Source: Candidatus Latescibacterota bacterium
GTDB taxonomy: Bacteria; Latescibacterota; UBA2968; UBA8231
Assembly: GCA_965248265.1 (NCBI GenBank)
Contig: CBDFJF010000001.1
Coordinates: forward strand, 1,440,001-1,504,000
Direction: 5' to 3'
DNA: 64,000 nt
Positions 57,320-64,000 of this stretch are shown one piece after another. Within the stretch, counting starts at the first letter, position 1. Each line of letters starts with the position of its first letter. The translations under genes and the position numbers were made by a program. The notes under the pieces were generated by a model. It saw only the letters and a program-made list of their open reading frames with translations. It did not search any database and was not told the origin of the DNA.

Positions 57320-58489
57320 CTATCTGCCGCCGCGTACGTGCGCCAACGCCTCACCGATAAAGCCGAGTTCTTCTTCGCGAAGCAATCCGTAGTTGTAGAA
57401 GATTGCCCCCATGGCACCAGCCTTGGCGGCGGCGACAACACCTTCCGTCAACGGAGCGGCATCACTCTGGCCGCTCTTGTTGATGGAGGCCATGACACCG
57501 CCACCCGGAGCGATCTGCGCCTTCATGGCGTCTACCTCGTCGACGCTGGCCACGGCGCCGGCCAGAGCACGGTCGATGTGAACGTTGATGGCCGGGTCGA
57601 GATCGGCACGCAGCGCGCTGGATTCGGTGGCCAGCGGCGCGTGCAGCTTCGCTCCCGATTGATGTGTCATGTCAGCTACCTGGATCCATAAGTCCGTCGC
57701 GCTGCGGCGTTGGGCATCCAGGTATTGCTTCAGTCTTCCGTCAAATGCGCTCAACATCCAATCGTCATCAGCGGGCAACTCATCCTCAGCTGTGGCCCTG
57801 CGCGCCAGGCGCGGTCGCAACCAGTCGACGACCTCGTTGCGAAAAGCCTCGCCGTCCATGCCGGCATCATTGGCGATCTGAATCGATCCTGGATTGAAGC
57901 AGACCGCCAGCAGTGTCTGACACCGGGCGGTCATCTCGGCTCTGCGTTTGGGCGGCACCGCCATCCCCCGTCGCTCCAGTGACTCGATCAAGAGGATGCC
58001 GGGCTTGAAGCGGTCGAGGATCTCAGAAGTCAGCGCCAGCATGTATTCCTGCACATCCTTCGGACCCAGGCTCAGCCGCATCCGATGCGGCGTGCCAAAG
58101 GCGTCGTGGTTGGCGAACTCGGGATATTTCAGAGACAGATTGGCCTGGAAGGTGTAGACGACCCAGGTCCCCAGCTGCAGGCCATGCTTGCCGATGCCTT
58201 CAACGATGCGGTCGAACCATTCCGGATCAGTCACCTCCTTGCTCACATGTGGCTTCATCCGGGTGTTGTCGTAGCGCGAGAGGTCCGGAAAGAAATAGAT
58301 GGCGCCATCTTCGCCACAATAGACGGGACGCTTGGGATTGTGCGGCAGGAAGTAGGTTGACTGGTGATAGCATGGGGTCAGCATGACCTCCTCACATCCG
58401 GTCGTCGCGAAACGCTCCATGGCGACATCCATTCCCTCGTCGGCCAGATCCCACGGATAGGTGTACAACGAGCCGATGAACTCTGTCAT
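57320..58489 (-). CDS. Hypothetical TIM-barrel, glycoside-hydrolase-like protein
   Basis: YTYPWDL.DEG, YH...LPHNP, FYNYGL; GGAGGAG SD. Confidence 0.6.
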   Translation of the reverse strand: MTEFIGSLYTYPWDLADEGMDVAMERFATTGCEEVMLTPCYHQSTYFLPHNPKRPVYCGEDGAIYFFPDLSRYDNTRMKPHVSKEVTDPEWFDRIVEGIGKHGLQLGTWVVYTFQANLSLKYPEFANHDAFGTPHRMRLSLGPKDVQEYMLALTSEILDRFKPGILLIESLERRGMAVPPKRRAEMTARCQTLLAVCFNPGSIQIANDAGMDGEAFRNEVVDWLRPRLARRATAEDELPADDDWMLSAFDGRLKQYLDAQRRSATDLWIQVADMTHQSGAKLHAPLATESSALRADLDPAINVHIDRALAGAVASVDEVDAMKAQIAPGGGVMASINKSGQSDAAPLTEGVVAAAKAGAMGAIFYNYGLLREEELGFIGEALAHVRGGR

Positions 58490-58504
58490 GTCGTTCTCCT
58501 CCAG

Positions 58505-58963
58505 TTATTCCATCGCCCTGTCGCGTCGCGACAGCCAGCCATCGATCGAATACCGTCCCGCCCCGGTGAGCACGAGGGTCAGAAAAGGCACCAGAAACAG
58601 CAGCGCAAACTCCTTCTTGCCGAAGGGATCGTCCCAATGCACGATGCCAACCGCCACCGCCATCGTGATAACGACGGGAATGGCGGCCATCCGAGTTCCA
58701 AGCCCTACCACTACCAGCGCGGAGCAGATAACTTCGGCGAAGATGGCCAGAGCCAGGCTGAGCGGACCACCGAGACCGATCGGATCCGCCCAGGTCTCGG
58801 ACCGCTCGCCGTAACTGAGCAGTTTGCCCCAGCCGTGCTGCGTCAGCATCAGCAAACCGACGACGACACGCAGCAGCAGCAATCCGATATCGCGCGTGCA
58901 GGCCTGTGGAGCGGTTGCAGCTTGCCAGACCCTGCACGGAAAGCTGGTTGTCGTTTCTTCCAT
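58505..58963 (-). CDS. DoxX family membrane protein
   Basis: LLLRVVVG...HGWGKL, AE...GLGTR, H..DPF..KE, GAGRYSID. Confidence 0.9.
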   Translation of the reverse strand: MEETTTSFPCRVWQAATAPQACTRDIGLLLLRVVVGLLMLTQHGWGKLLSYGERSETWADPIGLGGPLSLALAIFAEVICSALVVVGLGTRMAAIPVVITMAVAVGIVHWDDPFGKKEFALLFLVPFLTLVLTGAGRYSIDGWLSRRDRAME

Positions 58964-59143
58964 TATGTCACCTTTGTTTGTTTGTCGTAGATCGGTGCTA
59001 TGTAATCGGGAAAGATACCCCACAACGGACTTCAGGCCAGATATGTGGTCGGGACTGACTTCCGTGGGGGTTGTGCGGGCGAATTGAGTCTGATAGACTG
59101 ACTGTGGATTTGACCATGCAACCGACCACGGACAGGGAGCAAG

Positions 59144-60211
59144 ATGGCGAAGACCAGGAAAACAAAGAAACTGCGCATCGCCATCATCGGGGCAGGTGGC
59201 ATCGGCGGCACCCACATGCGCTATCTGGCTGACATGGCCGACGTTGAGATGGTTGCCGTGGCCGACCTCATCGAGGAGAGTGCGCAGCAACGCTGTCAGG
59301 AATTCGATATTCCGAAGGCGTTCACGGACTACAGGAAAATGCTGCGCCAGGTGGAGGCCGACGCCGTCAGCGTCTGCACCCCCAACGGTCAGCACGCCCC
59401 GTGCACGATCGCGGCCCTCAATGCCGGCGCCCATGTGATCGTTGAAAAACCGCTCGCCATGAGCGCGCGTGAAGGCAAAAGGATGCTCGACGCGGCCACA
59501 CGCAACGGTCGCGCTCTGATCATCGGCTTCCAGAACCGGTACGATGCCAGAGTCCAATTCATCAAGCGAGCCGTCGATGAAGGTCAGATGGGCCGCGTCG
59601 TTTTTGCCCGGGTGCAGGCCCTGCGCAGACGAGGGATCCCAAGCTGGGGCGTGTTCGGACGCAAAGACCTGCAAGGCGGTGGTCCCCTCATCGACATCGG
59701 CGTGCACGCCCTCGAGGCCGCCCACTACGCCATGGGATCACCGCAACCCGTCGCCGCGACAGGCAGCACTTACACCTACCTGGGCGACAAGCCGTCTTCG
59801 GTAATCTCCCAATGGCCCAATTGGGATTACAAGAACTACACCGTTGAAGACCTCGCCGTGGGCCAGATCCGCTTCGCCAATGGCGCCACCCTGCACATCG
59901 AATCGAGTTTTGCCGCCCATATCGAGAAAGGCCAGATGGGCTTCACGCTCATGGGAGAGAAAGGTGGAGCCAGCCTGGAGCCACCCTGCCTCTATCGCGA
60001 TTTCAACGATCACATGGTCAGCATCCGCCCCGATTGGTTGCCCAGCGGAACCGCTGCCAACCCCTTTGCCCTCAAGTTGCGCAATTTCGTCGATCACCTG
60101 CTCTACGATAAGCCCACCATGGCCCCGGGTGAGGACGGACTGATGGTGCAGAAGATGCTGGACGGGATCTACGCCTCGGCGGAAAAGGGCCGCGAAGTTA
60201 AGATTTCCTGA
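59144..60211 (+). CDS. Gfo/Idh/MocA family oxidoreductase
   Basis: IGAGGIG, CTPNGQH, EKPLA, GGGPLIDIGVH. Confidence 0.92.
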   Translation: MAKTRKTKKLRIAIIGAGGIGGTHMRYLADMADVEMVAVADLIEESAQQRCQEFDIPKAFTDYRKMLRQVEADAVSVCTPNGQHAPCTIAALNAGAHVIVEKPLAMSAREGKRMLDAATRNGRALIIGFQNRYDARVQFIKRAVDEGQMGRVVFARVQALRRRGIPSWGVFGRKDLQGGGPLIDIGVHALEAAHYAMGSPQPVAATGSTYTYLGDKPSSVISQWPNWDYKNYTVEDLAVGQIRFANGATLHIESSFAAHIEKGQMGFTLMGEKGGASLEPPCLYRDFNDHMVSIRPDWLPSGTAANPFALKLRNFVDHLLYDKPTMAPGEDGLMVQKMLDGIYASAEKGREVKIS

Positions 60212-60215
60212 GCGG

Positions 60216-61292
60216 TTACCTCGCCTCGCCACCTGGCCGTCCGCGCATGGTGCATCGGATGTGTTTGGCAAATCGCTTCTTGTTGGCCTTTTCCATCCTG
60301 CGACTCTGTGAATTCCGGTTGGCTCTAGCGTACTCGCGCTCCAGCTTTCGGTAGTTGACCAGTCGGTTCTGCTCCAACTCCCCCCGTTTGATCGCCGCCT
60401 GCACCTCACAACCCGGCTCCTTTTCGTGCTTGCAGTCATTGAAGCGACACTGATTGGCAAGCTCTTCCACATCCTGAAAACTTTCGCTGAGACCTTCATC
60501 ATCTCCCCACATCTGCAGCTCCCGCAGGCCCGGCGTGTCGATGAGAAGCCCTCCGGACTGCATGAAGATGAGCTCCCGATGCGTGGTCGTGTGCCGGCCC
60601 CGTCCGTCGATACTTCGTATGGCGCCCGTCTCCATCGCTTCAGCGCCGACAAGGCAATTGACCAGCGTCGACTTGCCCACTCCGGACGAACCGACGAATG
60701 CCGTCGTGGTGCCGGGTTCGAGATAGGACGTCAGGCACTCCACATCGCCCAGCTGTGCGCTGACCGCGTGCACGGGAACTCCCATGGCGATGCCCTCCAC
60801 CTCGGAAACGCGTTCCACCACTGTCCCACACAGGTCTGCTTTGTTCAACACGATGACTGGGCGTGCGCCACTGTCCCACGCCAGTGTCACATAGCGCTCC
60901 AACCGCCGCAGGTTGTAGTTGTCGTCCAGGCCGGTCACCAGAAAGAGGGTATCGACGTTGACGGCGATCAGCCGCTCCTTTTCGGCGGGTGTCTTGCTGG
61001 CGAACCCTCGCGCGAATTTGCTCCGTCGCGGCAGAACCGCCCGGATGATTGCCCTGTCGCCAGCTGCAGGCTCCACGGCCACCCAGTCACCAACCGTGGG
61101 AAAATCGCTCTTGGATATAGCGTCGTGTCTGAAGCGACCGGAAACGACGGCTCGTTGCTCCCCCACCTCAGAAAGGATCACGTACACTTCCCGATGCTCG
61201 AGGGCAACTCGAGCTGGCAACAGGCCTGGTTGTGCAAGGGATTCGAAGTTTTCTTGAAAGAACTGTGTCCAGCCCAATGAATCCAGATTCAT
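60216..61292 (-). CDS. rsgA: Ribosome small subunit-dependent GTPase A (long-N-terminus type)
   Basis: PTVGDWV OB fold; circularly permuted NKAD / GSSGVGKS / GRHTT / DTPG; Zn finger CRFNDCKHEKEPGC; GGAG SD. Confidence 0.95.
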   Translation of the reverse strand: MNLDSLGWTQFFQENFESLAQPGLLPARVALEHREVYVILSEVGEQRAVVSGRFRHDAISKSDFPTVGDWVAVEPAAGDRAIIRAVLPRRSKFARGFASKTPAEKERLIAVNVDTLFLVTGLDDNYNLRRLERYVTLAWDSGARPVIVLNKADLCGTVVERVSEVEGIAMGVPVHAVSAQLGDVECLTSYLEPGTTTAFVGSSGVGKSTLVNCLVGAEAMETGAIRSIDGRGRHTTTHRELIFMQSGGLLIDTPGLRELQMWGDDEGLSESFQDVEELANQCRFNDCKHEKEPGCEVQAAIKRGELEQNRLVNYRKLEREYARANRNSQSRRMEKANKKRFAKHIRCTMRGRPGGEAR

Positions 61293-61318
61293 GGTTGCGA
61301 CTCCGTTAGAACAGAATG

Positions 61319-61347
61319 AGGCTGCGGACGAACCCGTACCGCAGCCT
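61319..61347 (-). promoter_or_regulatory. Hairpin in the rsgA 5' UTR
   Basis: AGGCTGCGG...CCGCAGCCT, perfect 9-bp stem. Confidence 0.6.
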
Positions 61348-61354
61348 AGTACAC

Positions 61355-61381
61355 AAAAAAGCCGTCCCACCGTGGACGGCT
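61355..61381 (-). terminator. Intrinsic (attenuator) terminator upstream of rsgA
   Basis: AGCCGTCC-ACGGTG-GGACGGC then TTTTTT on the minus strand, about 63 nt before the rsgA start. Confidence 0.8.
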
Positions 61382-61409
61382 GATATCTGAATGATCGATT
61401 AGATAGTCG

Positions 61410-61484
61410 TCAGCAGTCTCCAGGACCAGGTACGAGCACGCGAGTGTCGTCGAAGTGTGTGATTGTCATGTCCCTAACCAACAT
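61410..61484 (-). CDS. Leader peptide (uORF) MLVRDMTITHFDDTRVLVPGPGDC
   Basis: SD AAGGAGG (61490-61496), 5 nt before ATG; 24 codons; stop 28 nt before the terminator stem. Confidence 0.7.
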   Translation of the reverse strand: MLVRDMTITHFDDTRVLVPGPGDC

Positions 61485-61609
61485 GGCTGCCTCCTTTTTG
61501 GTCCTTTCTCTCTGAGTGTGCGCGGTTTAAATCCATCCTACGGTGGCAGGTGAACAGTAGCAAGTAAAAAATTGGCATGCTGGGCCCTGGAGTAATCAGC
61601 CTATTGGGA

Positions 61610-61638
61610 TTGACAAAGCCTGCCGTCAAAGTGATACT
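61610..61638 (+). promoter_or_regulatory. Putative sigma70 promoter
   Basis: TTGACA-N17-GATACT, 43 nt upstream of ATG 61682. Confidence 0.55.
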
Positions 61639-61681
61639 GGCAGGTAGAGATTCTGACCCTGTTACGTGGAGCTGAACCACA

Positions 61682-61933
61682 ATGAAGAAGAACACCTTTC
61701 GAACAGCTGCCTTCGGCACTTTCCTCGGTCTGACCTTGTCATTGGGCCTTGGTTTCGGCACGACAATGTTGAGTGCGGCGGTGATTTCTCCGACAGTTGA
61801 GCAGAGCAAGACCTGCGACAAGCCCGAAGTATGTCCCCTGGAAGACAAGGTGGACTGCCCGAAAACTGCCTCCCCCAAGACTACCCAGACTTCAGCGCCC
61901 ACTCAGTGCCCGTACAGTGGTGCCAAGATCTGA
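61682..61933 (+). CDS. Small secreted Cys-Pro-rich peptide (83 aa)
   Basis: Own promoter, GGAG SD, signal peptide, four Cys, own terminator. Confidence 0.65.
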   Translation: MKKNTFRTAAFGTFLGLTLSLGLGFGTTMLSAAVISPTVEQSKTCDKPEVCPLEDKVDCPKTASPKTTQTSAPTQCPYSGAKI

Positions 61934-61960
61934 CGCAACCAAACAGTCCGTCATCGAGAG

Positions 61961-61991
61961 GCCCCTGGACCGCTGAGTCCGGGGGCTTTTT
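61961..61991 (+). terminator. Intrinsic terminator
   Basis: GCCCCTGGAC-CGCTGA-GTCCGGGGGC-TTTTT. Confidence 0.85.
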
Positions 61992-62140
61992 CGTGATCAG
62001 ACGCAGAGACCATGAGGCCCATTGCACTACTTGAGCCAATGAATATTTTTGTAACAGATTCACGAATTTCGACCGATATTATATATACCCCCTGTGCGAC
62101 TGAACGCGGGTGGAGTGTCACTCGATCAGAGGAACGAACC

Positions 62141-63193
62141 ATGGCTCAATATGAAGATCGCGACGGCGGCGGTGACGGCGACGGCGAAGAGGAGGGCGAA
62201 TCTGAGATTCCGGCGATGCAGAAGATCGGTATCCTCTTCGTCGCCTTGGGTCAGGAGACAGCCGGAGAAGTCATGAAGTTCCTCACGGACTATGAGATCG
62301 AGGAGATCACACAGTCCGTCGCGAATCTTAAAAATGTCAGCGTAGAACAGCAGGACAAGGTGATGGAGGAGTTTGAGCAGCACCTCCTCGCCGGAGAATG
62401 GGTCAGCACAGGAGGCATGGACTTCGCTCGTGGCGCTCTGGAACGCGCCGTCGGGCCCCGAAAAGCCCAGGAAATTCTCGATCGCGTTGCCAGCACCGTT
62501 TCTTCCGGTTTCTATATGCTCAAGAACGTCGCCCCGGAGCAGGTCGCCCCGTTCATCTCGCATGAGCATCCCCAGACCATTGGACTGATCCTATCGCAGT
62601 TAGACCCGGCCCAGGGTGCCGGTATTCTGGCGCAGTTGCCCGAGCGCATGCAGTCCGATGTGGCCTACCGTATCGCGACCATGGAGAACATCACTCCAGC
62701 TATCCTCAAGGAAATTGAAGAGGCCCTCGAAGCCTCGCTGCGCGACATCCTCGGCGGTAATCAGGACGTGGGTGGACCGAAGGTGGTCGCGGATATTCTC
62801 AACCTGACCGGTTCGTCGGTGGAAAAGAACGTCCTGGACCAGATGGATGCGCAGGATCCGGAAGTTGCCGAGTCCGTGCGTAACCTCATGTTCACGTTCG
62901 CCGATATCTCCAAACTCACCGACCGCGAACTACAGGTACTATTGCGCGAGGTCGATCAGAAGGATCTCGTCGTCGCGCTCAAAGCAGCCGAGGAGGAGTT
63001 GAAGGACAAGATCCTCGGCAACATGTCCGAGCGCGTGCGCACCTTCATCACTGAGGAGATGGAGTTTCTCGGCCCGATGCGTCTCAGCGAAGTGGAAGAA
63101 GTGCAGCTGCGCATCGTGCAGCAGGTACGTCAGCTCGAAGAGCAGGGCCAGGTAACCATCGTCCGCGGCGACGCCGACGATTCGTTCGTATAA
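62141..63193 (+). CDS. fliG: Flagellar motor switch protein FliG
   Basis: GGMDFA, EHPQTI, GGPKVVADILN, MFTFADI, NMSER, GPMRLSEVE; AGAGGA SD before ATG 62141. Confidence 0.95.
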   Translation: MAQYEDRDGGGDGDGEEEGESEIPAMQKIGILFVALGQETAGEVMKFLTDYEIEEITQSVANLKNVSVEQQDKVMEEFEQHLLAGEWVSTGGMDFARGALERAVGPRKAQEILDRVASTVSSGFYMLKNVAPEQVAPFISHEHPQTIGLILSQLDPAQGAGILAQLPERMQSDVAYRIATMENITPAILKEIEEALEASLRDILGGNQDVGGPKVVADILNLTGSSVEKNVLDQMDAQDPEVAESVRNLMFTFADISKLTDRELQVLLREVDQKDLVVALKAAEEELKDKILGNMSERVRTFITEEMEFLGPMRLSEVEEVQLRIVQQVRQLEEQGQVTIVRGDADDSFV

Positions 63194-63213
63194 AACTCCC
63201 GATAGGGAGTTTT
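63192..63213 (+). terminator. Terminator-like hairpin after fliG
   Basis: AAAACTCCC-GATA-GGGAGTTTT. Confidence 0.65.
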
Positions 63214-63260
63214 CGAGTCCCCTAGCGACTTTCCCTCGCACACCGGAGGGTGTGTGTGAA

Positions 63261-63977
63261 ATGAGAATCCGCCGCTCGCCACTGCCCCTGGCTGCCGGAC
63301 TCATATTCCTGTCCATCCTGGCAGCCTGGCCCAAGGGCGTCGACGATACCTTCACCGACGCCCGCCTGACCATGGTCCGCACCGATCTGGCCGCCCGTGA
63401 CATCGCCGACACCCTGGTGCTGCAGGTGATGGCCGAAATCCCGCGACACGAATTCGTACCTCCGCCCCTCCGGAGCATGGCCTACCAGGATCGCCCCTTG
63501 CCGATCGGCAAGGACCAGACCATTTCGCAACCCTACATAGTCGCCTTCATGACCCAGGCACTCGAACTGGAAGCCGGGGATCGGGTGCTGGAAATCGGTA
63601 CCGGCTCGGGCTACCAGGCGGCCGTGTTGGCGCGACTGGTCGAGCACGTGTACACCATCGAGATAATCCCTTCACTTGGAGATAGCGCCCGCGAGGTACT
63701 ACGACGACGGGGCTACGACAACGTCACCGTTCGCATCGGTGACGGCTACGTCGGCTGGCCGACCGAGGCGCCCTTCGATGCCATAATGGTCACCGCCGCA
63801 CCCGACCACGTGCCGCCAGCCTTGGTGGAGCAATTGGCCGAGGGCGGACACCTGGTGTTACCGGTGGGGGACTATTATCAGGAGTTACTGCGATTGACGA
63901 AGCGCGATGGGAAGATACTTTCCGAATCCCTGTTGCCCGTGCGCTTCGTGCCCATGACGGGACAGGCGCAGGAATAG
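63261..63977 (+). CDS. pcm: Protein-L-isoaspartate O-methyltransferase
   Basis: PRHEFVP, QTISQPYIVA, VLEIGTGSGYQAA, APFDAI.VTAA, VRFVPM. Confidence 0.95.
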   Translation: MRIRRSPLPLAAGLIFLSILAAWPKGVDDTFTDARLTMVRTDLAARDIADTLVLQVMAEIPRHEFVPPPLRSMAYQDRPLPIGKDQTISQPYIVAFMTQALELEAGDRVLEIGTGSGYQAAVLARLVEHVYTIEIIPSLGDSAREVLRRRGYDNVTVRIGDGYVGWPTEAPFDAIMVTAAPDHVPPALVEQLAEGGHLVLPVGDYYQELLRLTKRDGKILSESLLPVRFVPMTGQAQE

Positions 63978-64000
63978 GCGGCCTGCGGCGGAGCTATTGG

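Noticed and set aside
58964-59725. Long N-terminal extension of the DoxX ORF
   Set aside because: Antisense to the Gfo/Idh/MocA gene; SD and ATG at 58963 fit DoxX length.
62052-62079. Sigma28-like promoter before fliG (TAAC-N16-ACCGATAT)
   Set aside because: Mismatches in both boxes and off-consensus spacing; too weak.
1-64000. CRISPR arrays, tRNA/rRNA, IS elements, prophage, defence systems, known riboswitches
   Set aside because: None recognised by eye; short ncRNAs could be missed without an Infernal/tRNAscan run.

Overview
GC-rich bacterial chromosomal window, densely coding (about 50 CDS). I saw no rRNA, tRNA, CRISPR array, transposase, integrase or phage gene. Most genes are catabolic or accessory: Asp-box beta-propellers, GH42, a beta-helix protein, three PhyH-type dioxygenases, two Gfo/Idh/MocA dehydrogenases, four aldolases, MFS transporters and a DUF6785-like membrane protein. 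This content resembles Latescibacterota/Poribacteria-type genomes (inference only). Highlights: (1) a complete candidate ribosome-coupled attenuator (24-codon leader ORF, antiterminator, terminator) upstream of rsgA; (2) a DUF3179 lipoprotein split by an in-frame TGA at the family Cys position, with a SECIS-like hairpin, so a probable selenoprotein; (3) an ammonium transporter-PAS-histidine kinase-receiver fusion with a partner response regulator; (4) several genes that keep both ends but have lost their middle; (5) tandem propeller paralogs with hypervariable loops; (6) a monocistronic fliG. All family assignments come from motifs recognised by eye. No database search or folding program was run.
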